From: Candidatus Poribacteria bacterium
GTDB lineage: Bacteria; Poribacteria; WGA-4E; WGA-3G
Length of the DNA stretch: 64,000 bases
NCBI GenBank assembly: GCA_965197475.1
Contig: CBDANF010000003.1
Span: 3,328,001-3,392,000, forward strand
Direction of reading: 5' to 3'
Part shown: positions 41,724 through 52,751 of the stretch, one piece after another
How the letters are laid out: every line of letters begins with the position of its first letter
Position numbering within the stretch: position 1 is the first letter of the stretch
Translations under genes and position numbers: made by a program
The notes under the pieces: model-generated
Told to the model about the DNA's origin: nothing
The model's database searches: none
What the model saw: the letters and a program-made list of their open reading frames with translations, nothing else

Positions 41724-43316
41724 TTAATCGCGCACAACTGAAACTGAAACCCCATTTTTAAGCAGATGCTGATCATCAACAATCACTCGTGTTGTCTGTG
41801 CAAGGCGCGAGGTAACCTCTATTTCGCTCCCGTATATTCCTTCCACGTTCACCTGTTTTAGGCGTGCCACATTTTCCTCAACGACAAAAATGTTACCTTT
41901 TCCGTTCTGAATCTGCAGAACAGCACGACGTGGAAGCAACAACACGTTTTTCCGCTCACCCGTTTTGATAGAGATGGTAATGGATGTGCCCGGTTTCAAC
42001 CTGCTATTATCAGTGGAAGCAGAGGAATCGGTCTCATCATTATTCATGTCAGTTGAATTACGCAGCGTAGCGTGAACCACGACTGTATTCTCTCCCTGTT
42101 TGACAATTGGACTGATGAAATCAATTGTCCCTATAATGTTTTGAATGCCGGAAGCTGCAGAGATTAACACCATATTTCCATTCTTAATTTGGCTTATATC
42201 ACTAACAGGCACCGTCCAAACGGCTTTGAGTACATCAATTGCAACAACCGTAAACACCGGTTGCCCCGGCGAAGCAGCGGATTTAGCATAGTCCCCTACC
42301 TCAAGGTGACGCTGAGAAATAACGCCATCAATTGGAGAAATAATAGCTGCTTGATTCACCTGTTCCCGAGCAAGTTTCATCTGTTCTTCTGCTTCACTGA
42401 CAGCAGATTGCGCGATTGCTATTTCGCGTTCCCATGCTTTGGCATCCACGAGTTTTTGAGCGGTCACAAGGTTGGCTTTTGCTTGTGTGACCTTTGATTC
42501 AGCAGCGGCGATTTCACGCTCCCAACCGCGGCTCTCCACTATTTTCCTCGCAACTGCCAATTCTGCTTTTGCCTTTTCCACTGCGACTTGCGCTGTGCCA
42601 TCCTCATACTGGCTTGATGCAGCTACAGCTTCTTCATGTCGGCTTTGCACCAGTTTGTAACGCGTTTCTGATGATTCAAAATCACTGTCACTGATAAGCT
42701 CTTTTTTGTGAAGTTCTTTATCCCGTTCAAAATCGGAAGTAGCTTTGGTATACTCCGCTTTCGCACGTTCCAACCCCTGTTTCGCGCTTACCTTTGAACG
42801 TTCAAAGTTTGACTCGGCAGCTTTGTAGGCAGATTCCGCCTGTATCAACTGATTTCGTACACGCATTTCGGCAAGTGATTTTGTCTCCTCAAGCTTCGCC
42901 TCTGCTTCTGCAACCGCCTCTTTTGCTGTCACAAGCTGCGTTTCTACACGCGCCTGCGCGTTTGCCTCTGTTGTTGTTAGCTGCGATTTCGCCACGCTCA
43001 ACACCACCTCAGTCTTTATTGCATCAATGCTCGCTTGGCGCGCACTGCTCTGCGCTAACATATCTCCTTTTGCCACGGTCTGTCCAGCTTCTGCATTTAG
43101 GCTTATGATTTTTCCCTGAATGTTGGCATACACCTTAACTTCTGCACGCGGTTGTAAAAGCCCATTATAAGTCTTTTCTGAAACGATTGTAACACGCCGC
43201 GGCGATTCTACTTTCACAGATGTCGGTGGTTCCGCGTCTTGTGCAATCACATTGTTCGTGATGAAACAAAGTGAAAGTGCAGCAGTCAATATAACACCAA
43301 TAAAATTCGGTTTCAA
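41724..43316 (-). CDS. Efflux periplasmic adaptor (HlyD/RND MFP) with a long coiled coil
   Basis: GKII...GQTVAKGD, long helical hairpin, IISPIDGVI, LKPG, LLLPRRAV; TTG start after GGAGG. Confidence 0.85.
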   Translation of the reverse strand: MKPNFIGVILTAALSLCFITNNVIAQDAEPPTSVKVESPRRVTIVSEKTYNGLLQPRAEVKVYANIQGKIISLNAEAGQTVAKGDMLAQSSARQASIDAIKTEVVLSVAKSQLTTTEANAQARVETQLVTAKEAVAEAEAKLEETKSLAEMRVRNQLIQAESAYKAAESNFERSKVSAKQGLERAKAEYTKATSDFERDKELHKKELISDSDFESSETRYKLVQSRHEEAVAASSQYEDGTAQVAVEKAKAELAVARKIVESRGWEREIAAAESKVTQAKANLVTAQKLVDAKAWEREIAIAQSAVSEAEEQMKLAREQVNQAAIISPIDGVISQRHLEVGDYAKSAASPGQPVFTVVAIDVLKAVWTVPVSDISQIKNGNMVLISAASGIQNIIGTIDFISPIVKQGENTVVVHATLRNSTDMNNDETDSSASTDNSRLKPGTSITISIKTGERKNVLLLPRRAVLQIQNGKGNIFVVEENVARLKQVNVEGIYGSEIEVTSRLAQTTRVIVDDQHLLKNGVSVSVVRD

Positions 43317-43407
43317 TACTCTTACCTCCCAACTAAAAAAATAAAAGGGTCTCTCAATACAAGGAAGTGGACTCACACAGCCATCTTCCAGCATTTAAGA
43401 GAGTACC

Positions 43408-43947
43408 CTATTTAGATTTGAGCTTATCATTAAAATCTTTTGTGAACTTATTCATCTTCGGATGAATCACGAGTTGACAATACGGTTGCCTCGGATTCAA
43501 TTGGAAATAGTTTTGGTGATAGTCTTCAGCAGGATAGAAGACATCAACCTCTGTGATCTCCGTGACAATCGGGTCATCCCATATATCAGATTTATCCATC
43601 TCTGCTTTAGATTCTTCAGCAATAGAACGCTGTGTTTCAGAATGGTAGAAAATGGCAGAACGATACTGTGTGCCGACATCGTTCCCTTGCCGATTTAACG
43701 TTGTCGGATCGTGTGTTTGCCAGAAAACTTCCAACAGTTCTTCGTAAGCAATAACATCAGGATCAAACTGTATCTGAATAACCTCTGCGTGTCCTGTCAT
43801 CCCCATACATACAGCACGATAATTGGGATTGACTGTCGTGCCACCCGTGTAACCTGAAACGACCTTATGAACGCCTTCTACTTGCTGAAAAACTGCCTCA
43901 ACACACCAAAAACAACCCGCACCAAACGTCGCAGTTTCTAATTGCAT
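43408..43947 (-). CDS. msrA: Peptide-methionine (S)-S-oxide reductase
   Basis: GAGCFWCVE, SGYTGG, TGHAE, HDPTTLNRQGNDVGTQYRS, AEDYHQNY. Confidence 0.97.
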   Translation of the reverse strand: MQLETATFGAGCFWCVEAVFQQVEGVHKVVSGYTGGTTVNPNYRAVCMGMTGHAEVIQIQFDPDVIAYEELLEVFWQTHDPTTLNRQGNDVGTQYRSAIFYHSETQRSIAEESKAEMDKSDIWDDPIVTEITEVDVFYPAEDYHQNYFQLNPRQPYCQLVIHPKMNKFTKDFNDKLKSK

Positions 43948-44137
43948 CTTTTCTATACGGCTTCCACACGTTGGCGAACACCGCAATATCCTACAATCCG
44001 GAAATTCTTACTTTATGTGAAAGTATGATACCACAAATTTACGTGATATGCAACCTACTTAGCGTAAGTTCAATAAAGGATTCAAGTGTAGGTTGGGTTC
44101 AACAACCAAAATTGGATTTGTCAAATGTTATTCTTTC

Positions 44138-44168
44138 TTGTGGGAGGGTTTACAAAACCCTCCCACAA
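44138..44168. repeat. REP-like palindrome; half copy at 49629-49651
   Basis: TTGTGGGAGGGTTTACAAAACCCTCCCACAA, 14-bp perfect stem. Confidence 0.7.
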
Positions 44169-44208
44169 GGGGAGAGGTTAGGTTAAACTAAACACTGAGG
44201 GAAGCGCA

Positions 44209-45159
44209 TCACAGCAATATCCCTGTATTGGTATCGGGATCAACCATCTCTTTTAGACATGCATCCCAGTACGCCACAGTATACTGTTTTACCACATCAG
44301 ATTGATTATCCTGCTCAAGATAGTTTTCAATCCAATCAAGCAGACGTTGGCAAGGTGCAGAACGAATCTCACCACTGCTTTCATCATAGATGATGTCTCG
44401 AAAATCGGAAAGCGTGTCGGCTTCTAACTGCAAATCAGGCTCATAATACAACGTTAAATTTGCCATCAAACTGAGTGTTAACGTTTGAATTGGGTCAATA
44501 GCGATGCTGAGTGGTGGGTCAATCGTAAAAATATCGTCTAGTGGCAATGTTTGGACATAATTCCACCGAGCCTCAATATAATCTAACTGTTGGCGGATAA
44601 TCTCCATATCAGACAGATTTGTAAAGGCTCGAGGCGGATGGTTATTTCTTATTGTTACTTGGGCAGTGGAAATCGTAGTGTGGTATGCAGGTAGGGCGTT
44701 TAAAAATTCCGCTTCGGCATGGTTATAGATACGAACGTTGTCAATATCAAGATGGGTAAGGGATTCAGGCGGTTGAATCACCGCGTGTTCAAGAATATGG
44801 CTTGCCTTTTTCAGTAATTTATCTGTGAGCGTATTACCAATTTGGAAAAATTTGAAGATAGGGTTTGCAAGCAGCACTTGCACTGCTTTGTCCAAATTTC
44901 CACTGCTTCCGTATTCTAAGCCTAAACTCGTCAAAGCAAAGGAGGTTTGAATCTGTGCACGGAGTGCTGCTTCATCGGAAAGGTCATCAACCTTCATAGT
45001 AATAAGTTTATGTGCAAGTGCAGCGATATCCTCAGATAGCACCTCCGCTTTATCGGCATCAATTCTGCCGAGGGTATCGCCATGCACTAAGGTACGAGCC
45101 AAGAAAGATTGCCCATCAAGGGCTGCGTCTGTTACGAGGGAAAATTTACTCGTCCGCAT
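44209..45159 (-). CDS. DUF6178-like protein, C-terminal half
   Basis: SLGLEY...AVQVL...FFQIGNTL motif recalled from DUF6178; ATG overlaps the end of the upstream gene. Confidence 0.6.
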   Translation of the reverse strand: MRTSKFSLVTDAALDGQSFLARTLVHGDTLGRIDADKAEVLSEDIAALAHKLITMKVDDLSDEAALRAQIQTSFALTSLGLEYGSSGNLDKAVQVLLANPIFKFFQIGNTLTDKLLKKASHILEHAVIQPPESLTHLDIDNVRIYNHAEAEFLNALPAYHTTISTAQVTIRNNHPPRAFTNLSDMEIIRQQLDYIEARWNYVQTLPLDDIFTIDPPLSIAIDPIQTLTLSLMANLTLYYEPDLQLEADTLSDFRDIIYDESSGEIRSAPCQRLLDWIENYLEQDNQSDVVKQYTVAYWDACLKEMVDPDTNTGILL

Positions 45160-45952
45160 TATCCTCTTCATCCTCGGCAAGTTCAAGCGAATCCAAGTCA
45201 ACATGCTGCTGCAAGTCAGATTCAGTGACTTTGATTCCGGCTTTTTCATCGCGTGCTTTGACACGTTCAGCTCTTTCTGCGCTTGCCTTTTCTAATGCGG
45301 AGACTAATTCGGTTTCTACATCAACCTCTCTGTCAAGGACAAACATTTCTCGTAAGAGTTGCGTGAAGAGGTCGCCATCTGCCTCCCATATTGCATTGAG
45401 AATTGCTTTGGCTTGTTCATCTTTACAGTCAATTGAGGGTGAACTCGGATCAATGATACCTTCATCTACCATCATCGCACTGAGAGCACCTTTCAACCTA
45501 ACACGATTCTTAAGGAGCCCAGCAAGAATGCGCAAATCTATTTGTCTGAGGAACCGACTAAGGTCATCTCTCTCACATTCAGATAATTCAAACAGCCACA
45601 GATTCAGCGAATTTTCATCTAACTTTCCGTCGTGCCAAATAGCAATATCAATGATCTCTTCAAATTGTTCGTTGGACAAACATGGTAATAGACCGCAAGC
45701 GAGGCCGGTTCCAAGGAGTGTGTCTAACACCTGTAGAACATCTTCAGTAGGACTCTCCTGAATTAATTCTGTGCAATCTGGAACGAGATAATACAATTCT
45801 TCTCGTTGTTTGGGGTTGCGGGTGGCACGGATAATCTCAAGTTGCTGATCTTTTTCATAACTCCGAAAAAGTTGTTCTGCTTCGCGTGTTGGGAGCGATA
45901 ATAGTTTCTTAACTTCTGGTTGTGGGATAACCAATTTTGTTGAATTGCTCAT
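45146..45952 (-). CDS. DUF6178-like protein, N-terminal half
   Basis: EQF..IIDIAIW..G.LD....LWL motif recalled from DUF6178; acidic tail; GGGAGG RBS. Confidence 0.6.
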   Translation of the reverse strand: MSNSTKLVIPQPEVKKLLSLPTREAEQLFRSYEKDQQLEIIRATRNPKQREELYYLVPDCTELIQESPTEDVLQVLDTLLGTGLACGLLPCLSNEQFEEIIDIAIWHDGKLDENSLNLWLFELSECERDDLSRFLRQIDLRILAGLLKNRVRLKGALSAMMVDEGIIDPSSPSIDCKDEQAKAILNAIWEADGDLFTQLLREMFVLDREVDVETELVSALEKASAERAERVKARDEKAGIKVTESDLQQHVDLDSLELAEDEEDNADE

Positions 45953-46090
45953 TCCAACCCTCCCGTTGGGCAGTGCGAGGTATCGCGTCTTTTTGTAAAT
46001 AAATGATTATTTCTCAATGTCTTTTCTCTTGGACTACTCGGTTTTCTGTAGGATAATTAAAAATCGTCCTACAGCCACAATCTATCAAGT

Positions 46091-46855
46091 TCAAAAGTTG
46101 TTCCTGACAAAGTTTAGGTTCTTTGCTGCTGACGCGATCGGGTCGTCTTTCCCTGGTGTTTCCAAGACAAACCAACTATCGTAGCCAATCGCATGTGCCG
46201 ACTCAAAAACTGCGGGGAAGTCAACATCACCTTCACCAGCGTGGTTACCGCCCGTGTCTTTAATATGCATTTGTACGATTGAACTGCCTAAACTCCGAAT
46301 TTCTGAAGGTGAGTCGTAGCCGAAATTTGTCGCATTTCCCATATCATAATATACGCCAACATTTTTTGAACTGACTTGGTCAATAATTTGTTGGTGTTGG
46401 TCCGCACTTAATGTGGATTCAATTGCGAGAAAAACGTTCTGTTTTTCAGCAGTTTCTGCGGCAGCCTTTAACCCATCAAGGAAACGAGACGCGGTGATAT
46501 GCTCATCCGCAATTTGACCGCCACTAAAAAACGGCACAAGAATTACATTCACTCCTAATTTCGGGCATGTTTCCGCGAGATACTGCAACTTCGCAATGCC
46601 TTCTGACCGCACACTATCCGTTGGATGCATAAAAGAAAATGCCGTAAAACCACCCGGTGACAACGATGATACTTCAATGCCCGCTTCTTCAGCAAGGCTA
46701 TTTACTGTGTCAATCCCACCTTCTTTCCAAAGCGTGTGCTGCCGATAATTTACACCCATGCAGACTTCTATTCCATCAAAACCAATCTCTTTTGCTTTCT
46801 TAAACGATTCTTCAAACGGAACGCGTAGCATCCCGTCTCTAATACCTACTTTCAT
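46091..46855 (-). CDS. Sugar phosphate isomerase/epimerase (xylose isomerase-like TIM barrel)
   Basis: GFDGIE, ILVPFF, LAIES, YYDMGN, MHIKD, GEGDVDF, WFVLET; start after AGGAGGG. Confidence 0.9.
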   Translation of the reverse strand: MKVGIRDGMLRVPFEESFKKAKEIGFDGIEVCMGVNYRQHTLWKEGGIDTVNSLAEEAGIEVSSLSPGGFTAFSFMHPTDSVRSEGIAKLQYLAETCPKLGVNVILVPFFSGGQIADEHITASRFLDGLKAAAETAEKQNVFLAIESTLSADQHQQIIDQVSSKNVGVYYDMGNATNFGYDSPSEIRSLGSSIVQMHIKDTGGNHAGEGDVDFPAVFESAHAIGYDSWFVLETPGKDDPIASAAKNLNFVRNNF

Positions 46856-47109
46856 ATTTCCCTCCTGTTGATTTTGAATTTTAACATAATCTTGGGCAGA
46901 TTTCAAATCGATTTTCATTTTTAGATGTGTAACATATTTGTCAAAAGTATGTATGGCGAAATGTTGCGAGGTCTATCGAAAAATAGCACCCTTCCTAAAA
47001 CCATTTTTTGTTGATAGGAACGGATACCAATGCTTAGTATACCATTAAAAAGTTGTGGGGTCAAAGAGAAACACGCTAACAACCTCTTGGTTTTACAGGA
47101 TGTCAAGCT

Positions 47110-47699
47110 GGCATTTGGTACTGCCGAGACAAAACACGCATCCAACGCCAGTTCAACCAGACGCACATCAGGGCGTGATGCGCTCGCCATCAGAACACCC
47201 ACAGGTCCCCCACGCTTTTCTGTAATCGCTACAAGTTTTGCCCCTTTACCACACTTCGTCTTACCGACACAAGCACCCCCTTTTTCCGCTGCAATGAACT
47301 TCGCATCAATGTAGCACTCACTCAGATTTAGTTGATGCCGTTTGTGAAGTTTATCTGCTACAGCTTTAAGCACTTTTTCCAGCGTTCCATCAGTAGACCA
47401 TTTCTGGAAACGACGATGGCACGTTTGATACGGCGGATACTTCTTCGGTAAATCACGCCACGGTGCTCCTGTCCGCAACACCCAAAGTATCGCATCTAAC
47501 ACTTCTCTATTTCCACGCCAAGGTCTCCCACGCTGTCCAGTCGACAGTTCAAGCAACAGTGGCTCAACGATTTTCCACGCTTTATCACTCAGTTCCATAC
47601 AAACCATCTCCTAACTTTCAGACATGCTCAAAAGTTTAACAGAGGTGAGTACTTATTAAAAGACTTTTTAGATTATTTGATTATTTATGAGATACGCTC
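47110..47699 (-). mobile_element. Truncated IS5-family element (IS427/IS1031-like)
   Basis: ELSDKAW..VEPLL, GRP, ILWVLRTGAPWRDLP..YPPYQTCHRRFQKW, ID, GKTKCGKG. Left end GAGCGTATCTCATAAAT next to TA. Homology stops near 47110 before the remaining catalytic residues; right boundary approximate. Confidence 0.82.
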
Positions 47700-47911
47700 T
47701 AATAAACTGAATATTTATAAAACTAAATAACCCTGAGCATGAGTGTGTGTAAAAATTTTGTCGTTAAGCGCGGTCTGTCTATTGTCAAAATCGCGATTCA
47801 GACAGCAAAATATTTACATGCTTAAAAATAGGTTGCCAAATGCTCACAAAAATTGGGTATAATATATAAGACTTATCCGAAATGTCGATTGTTTAGAACT
47901 CATTCCGTTTT

Positions 47912-48775
47912 ATGAAAGGGAAACAGGTGGCAGCACCAATCTACGGATTAACCGTCCGCGGTGTTACGAAACATTTTCACCGACCCAAAAAGTCGGACGA
48001 AAAACTACGTTTTCATCAGAAGATTCGCCAGTTGTTCAAGCGCGAAAAAGAGACAATTCGCGCAGTTGATGGTGTCTCTTTAGATGTCAACATCGGTGAA
48101 ATTTATGGCATCTTGGGTGTGAACGGTTCAGGGAAATCTACCTTAATTCGTCTCATCTCAACGCTTCTCTTGCCAGATGCGGGGAGCATTCACGTCTTTG
48201 GAGATGATGTCGTAACAAATAGTATGAAGGTGAGACGTGTCATGAACCGCGTCTCTGTTGAGGCATCCTTTTTTAAACGTCTTTCTTCCGCAGAAAATCT
48301 GATTTATGCCGCACGGCTCTACGGCATCTCAGCTGCGGAAGCTACCAAGAAGGCACGCGACATTTTGGAAAGACTCGGTTTTGATGTGAAGCGGATGGAT
48401 GCAGAAATGGAACAACTCTCGCGTGGCATGCAACAGAAGGTCGCTATTGCACGCGCCTTGTTAACTACACCGATGCTTCTGTTACTTGATGAACCGACAA
48501 CAGGCCTTGATCCGAAATCCAAACGCGATGTGCAAGCCTTCATTGAGGATATCCGAAACGAACGCAACGCTGTTATCGTGCTTACGACACATGATATGGT
48601 AGAGGCAGAGAGGTTGTGCGACAGGATCGCTATTATTGATAACGGCAAGTTTATTGCTGAAGGCACTGTTAAGGAATTGATCGCCAAGGTCTCATCGAAA
48701 GACAGTGCGCCGGTGACATTAGAAGATGTCTTCATCGCGCTGACAGGAAAAGCGATAGAGGAGGGAGAAGAATAA
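47912..48775 (+). CDS. ABC-2 type transporter ATP-binding protein
   Basis: GVNGSGKST, LSRGMQQKVAIARAL, LDEPTTGLDP, TTHDM, LEDVFIALTG. The start may be the GTG at 47927. Confidence 0.93.
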   Translation: MKGKQVAAPIYGLTVRGVTKHFHRPKKSDEKLRFHQKIRQLFKREKETIRAVDGVSLDVNIGEIYGILGVNGSGKSTLIRLISTLLLPDAGSIHVFGDDVVTNSMKVRRVMNRVSVEASFFKRLSSAENLIYAARLYGISAAEATKKARDILERLGFDVKRMDAEMEQLSRGMQQKVAIARALLTTPMLLLLDEPTTGLDPKSKRDVQAFIEDIRNERNAVIVLTTHDMVEAERLCDRIAIIDNGKFIAEGTVKELIAKVSSKDSAPVTLEDVFIALTGKAIEEGEE

Positions 48776-48779
48776 GACA

Positions 48780-49586
48780 ATGCTGAATCTCAGGCGAGAA
48801 ACTGTTATCTCTTACGCTTTTATTGAGAGAAATTTTAATCTGCTAAAGCGGTATCTGAATTGGGAGATTCTATTTTTCAGTTACTCTATTGTCAACGCGT
48901 TAACTATTGGTTTAATTATGGTTGGACGTGGGAGTAGCGAAGACGTGCTTTACCTTGTGATTGGCGCACTGATTTGGGGTTTTCTTTCTATTATGATGCG
49001 TGAGGTTAGCGATGCAATTACATGGGAACGGTGGGAAGGCACAATTGAATATACTTTCATGGCACCGATTTACCGCATCACACATCTTGTGGGTTCATGC
49101 CTCTTCGCGATTCTATATGGGCTATTACGAACTGGGTTAGTTTTGGCGATAATGCCCTTCTTTTTCGGTGAACACATCAACTTAGGGAATGCAAATTGGA
49201 TCACAATGGGAGTAACCGTTGCTGTTTCGAGTCTATCCTTTATCGGTATCGGTTTGATGGCTGCTATTTTTCCACTGCTCTCACCAGAAAAAGGACAAGC
49301 TGCGACGGGTATTCTTCAATCAGTGTTGTTATTAGTATCCGGCATCTATTATGAAATCGAGGTATTGCCGGACTGGCTTCAACCGCTCTCACAAATTTCA
49401 CCGGCGACTTACACGCTCCGATCCATACGTGCAGCAATGTTGGAAAATGCTTCAATTGAAAGCCAAGCAGGAAATCTGTTGCTATTGCTAATTATCGGTA
49501 TGGTCCTTATACCATTTGGGTTTTGGGTTTTTCATCTTGCCGAAAGATATGCGAAACGCGTGGGGAGGTTAAAACGGAGTGGATAG
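48780..49586 (+). CDS. ABC-2 type transporter permease
   Basis: WERWEGTIE, SGIYY....LPDWLQ, SPATY; multiple TM segments. Confidence 0.92.
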   Translation: MLNLRRETVISYAFIERNFNLLKRYLNWEILFFSYSIVNALTIGLIMVGRGSSEDVLYLVIGALIWGFLSIMMREVSDAITWERWEGTIEYTFMAPIYRITHLVGSCLFAILYGLLRTGLVLAIMPFFFGEHINLGNANWITMGVTVAVSSLSFIGIGLMAAIFPLLSPEKGQAATGILQSVLLLVSGIYYEIEVLPDWLQPLSQISPATYTLRSIRAAMLENASIESQAGNLLLLLIIGMVLIPFGFWVFHLAERYAKRVGRLKRSG

Positions 49587-49690
49587 GGTTAAACGAAAAC
49601 AATGGTTTATCCAATCATCAAATATATCGGGTTTACAAAACCCTCCCACAATGAGTTGCACAACTACAAACGTTGTTTGCGCTGAACTCT

Positions 49691-50470
49691 CTACCACGTA
49701 TCGCGTACACTCACACCTTCATCCGATAGATAGGTTTTGATGCTTTCAATCGTGAATTCGCCATAGTGGGTGATAGAAGCGACAATCGCCGCATCGGCAT
49801 TGCTTTCGACAAAAACATCACGTAGATGTTGCGGATTTCCCGCACCTCCAGAAGCAATTACAGGGACTGGTACCAAATCCGCGATAGCACCCGTTAATGC
49901 CAATTCATACCCTGCCTTAGTGCCATCCGCATCAATACTATTAACTACAATTTCACCCGCGCCCAAGTCAACACCACGGGCTGACCATTCCAATGCATCC
50001 CAACCGACCGGTTTCCGTCCACCATCAATATAGATTTCATATCCGCTTGGAATCTGTTCACTTTTGGCGACCTTTTTTACCTGCATACTCAATACGACAC
50101 ACTGACTGCCGAACGCTCGCGCCCCCTCAGAAATAATATCAGGGTTGCGCACTGCACCGGAATCTATACTGACCTTTTCTGCGCCAGCAAGTAGGACGCG
50201 CCGCATATCCTCAAGCGTGCGCAATCCACCGCCGACAGAAAACGGAATGAAGATCTCTGATGCGACAGCTGAAACGACATCAATCATGATATCGCGCCGT
50301 TCATTGCTTGCCGTGATGTCGTAAAAAACGAGTTCGTCAGCACCACCTTCGTAATAAAATCGCGCCATTTCCACTGGATCGCCAACATCAACATTGCCTT
50401 CAAAAGCGATGCCTTTGGTAACTTTTCCTGCACGTACGTCTAAACATGGTATTATTCGTTTTGTTAGCAT
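49691..50470 (-). CDS. hisF: Imidazole glycerol phosphate synthase subunit HisF
   Basis: [51 protein letters not shown]. Confidence 0.97.
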   Translation of the reverse strand: MLTKRIIPCLDVRAGKVTKGIAFEGNVDVGDPVEMARFYYEGGADELVFYDITASNERRDIMIDVVSAVASEIFIPFSVGGGLRTLEDMRRVLLAGAEKVSIDSGAVRNPDIISEGARAFGSQCVVLSMQVKKVAKSEQIPSGYEIYIDGGRKPVGWDALEWSARGVDLGAGEIVVNSIDADGTKAGYELALTGAIADLVPVPVIASGGAGNPQHLRDVFVESNADAAIVASITHYGEFTIESIKTYLSDEGVSVRDTW

Positions 50471-50554
50471 ATTTCCTTTATCTAAATTCTACTGTAAGAG
50501 CAAGTCCTTCGAAAAGTGTAAAATCTATAAGTTAGGTGGTACTCTCAAAATAAT

Positions 50555-51640
50555 TCATGGAGACGCATACTTTTCATTTTCGATGGATGTCTCAACACCA
50601 TATAACGCTTTTATATTTCCCCACTGCATGGGCAACTTTCCCTGCGGAGACACAGGCAAAGGTCCCTCTATCCAATCCGGATAATAGTCAAAACTCGGTT
50701 CCCGTGTCAATCGCCTGAGTCTACGTGTCGCAATCTCATACTTGTAGATGTCATGATCCGGGTCCTTTTCGGGAACATCTGTCCGTTTTGCTGAGAAAAG
50801 AATAGTGCGCCCGTTGTCCATCCAACTCAACCCGCCACCTGCCCACTCTCCACCGATCTTCTCATCAATATCAATTTCCTTTTTCCTACCGGTTTTAGAC
50901 AGAATAACGAATCGGTTGACAGGGTGTTCCCACTGTCCTATTGATTCAATAAAGAGAATCTGTTTTCCATCTGTTGACCAACGTGGGTAGAACCTGAAAA
51001 CGAATCCATCTTCTCCATCCGGATCTGGCACGAATGGTCGCTGGTTCTGTCCATCCGTGGACATGATCCAGACGGTTTTATGACTGATCCCTTTACCGCT
51101 TGGGACAAACTTTCCATAGACAATCTCTTCGCCGTTCGGGGACCAATCAGGACTGTATGAACCTGAGCCTTTTTTACCTTTAGCATCCGTTAACTGTTTT
51201 ACCTCTCGACTTTCCAAATCCATCACATAAATTTCCCGATGTCCACTTCTGTTGCTCTTAAATGCCAAATATCTTCCGTCTGGTGACCATGCAGAAGCTC
51301 CGTTTATATCGCCTTCAACGCTGTGGGTGAGCTGCTGTTGGTTAGTGCCGTCTGCGTTCATGATAAAAAGTTGATACTTTTGTGTGTCCTTCTCAAGGTT
51401 CCTATCAAAAGCGATACGCGTTCCATCCGGTGACCACCGCGGTCTGAGCTCCCAAAACTGATTGTCTGTTAACCTACGTCTGCCACTGCCATCATCGTTC
51501 ATGACGTAGATACTGCCGTACGCGTTATAGGCGATTTTGGCATTGGCAACGTAAGGAACAAACAACAAGAGGAGACAACAAGATATTAAAATTTGTGTAA
51601 CGTGTAGGATTAAAAGTTTCTTAAAGTTAGCAAGTTTCAT
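50555..51640 (-). CDS. Secreted TolB-like (PD40) beta-propeller with C-terminal KLPMQWGNIK motif
   Basis: Signal peptide (ANA), repeated WSPDG..IAF, IYVMN.DG; near the C-terminus PVSPQGKLPMQWGNIKALY. Confidence 0.88.
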   Translation of the reverse strand: MKLANFKKLLILHVTQILISCCLLLLFVPYVANAKIAYNAYGSIYVMNDDGSGRRRLTDNQFWELRPRWSPDGTRIAFDRNLEKDTQKYQLFIMNADGTNQQQLTHSVEGDINGASAWSPDGRYLAFKSNRSGHREIYVMDLESREVKQLTDAKGKKGSGSYSPDWSPNGEEIVYGKFVPSGKGISHKTVWIMSTDGQNQRPFVPDPDGEDGFVFRFYPRWSTDGKQILFIESIGQWEHPVNRFVILSKTGRKKEIDIDEKIGGEWAGGGLSWMDNGRTILFSAKRTDVPEKDPDHDIYKYEIATRRLRRLTREPSFDYYPDWIEGPLPVSPQGKLPMQWGNIKALYGVETSIENEKYASP

Positions 51641-51737
51641 CACTTTTCTCCTATGATTAGGGCGGACGCAAGATATACATCCGCGCCCGCCATTAAGAAC
51701 GCAGTAGTGGTAGACATCCGCATTCAGTTTGAAGGGG

Positions 51738-52367
51738 TTACTGCCCATCCCAATTCCAATCGTCTATGCCCAGAGGCTGGTGGACAAGTTCAATAACCAG
51801 TTCGTCATCTACCTCCCATATATCTATCTCTCTAATCCCATCACCATTAAGATCCTTCTTTGCTGTTAAGGTAGACTCTGCAGTAAGCGTGTATCTGCCC
51901 GCATGTTTAGTACCCAGATTGTATTCCTTAAGATGCTCGTCGTCCACCCACCAGTAGCCAAGATCATCGGGATTATTTGCCCAATACGAACCTAAAAAGC
52001 CGTGGTGGCTCCAAACATCGTCATCCGCATAACTAAGAGGTCCTTCAATCCTGCTGACGAAGTCAACGTAGAATCGAAGATCGTTAATCTGATCCGGCCA
52101 GTCAGGGAGACCTCCCGAATAATTATTGATGTATGCTGAATGAACGCTGTGAGCTATTGGGTATTCATACCCCGTCCATACTACAACGCGTCCGTATACA
52201 AAAGTTAGGATCTGATGTTTTCCGCCGAATCCCTCAACGCGCTCTGATTCTGACCATGGATGTGCAATCTCACCATCGTCCGTATAGACGTGCGCGTGAA
52301 GATGCGTTGAAACAAAACAGGTCAATCCTATTAGCCCGATGAGGGCTATCATTGCTAAATTTTTCAC
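51738..52367 (-). CDS. Secreted hypothetical protein (acidic, Trp/Tyr-rich)
   Basis: Signal peptide, AAGGAG RBS, no recognised domain. Confidence 0.7.
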   Translation of the reverse strand: MKNLAMIALIGLIGLTCFVSTHLHAHVYTDDGEIAHPWSESERVEGFGGKHQILTFVYGRVVVWTGYEYPIAHSVHSAYINNYSGGLPDWPDQINDLRFYVDFVSRIEGPLSYADDDVWSHHGFLGSYWANNPDDLGYWWVDDEHLKEYNLGTKHAGRYTLTAESTLTAKKDLNGDGIREIDIWEVDDELVIELVHQPLGIDDWNWDGQ

Positions 52368-52751
52368 AATTTTCTCCTTATTGTTAGTTATACCAAGGAG
52401 ACGTATCTATTTTAGCACGTCTCCGTTTTTGTGTAAATAAAATAAACAAATTGTAAGTAGTTGCACCTATTCTGTTTTGATGTGCGTTGTGCGCGAATAG
52501 AATAGGGATAACAAGCATTGCGGTGTCCGCGATGCAACAACAAAAGCCCGCGGCGAAACACTTCATAGAAACGAAGTGCACGTGCGGGCGCGAAAATACT
52601 GCAGCTTCTAACGTCTGCAATACGACCTTGTCCACTGAAATAATTAACAAATGTGAAGTGGGGGTAGTAACTAACAGTTAAAACGAAACCACCAGGTATT
52701 GTGTCAGAACAACCCTGTTCAGATAGCAAACATCTGAAATGTTCATTTTTG

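Noticed and set aside
45012-45761. 249-aa plus-strand ORF
   Set aside because: Ser-rich antisense shadow of the DUF6178-like genes.
46921-47109. C-terminal part of the 228-aa IS5 ORF
   Set aside because: Read-through into unrelated DNA after the truncation; no transposase motifs.
52384-52729. Short overlapping ORFs upstream of the first secreted module
   Set aside because: No RBS or motifs; more likely regulatory DNA.
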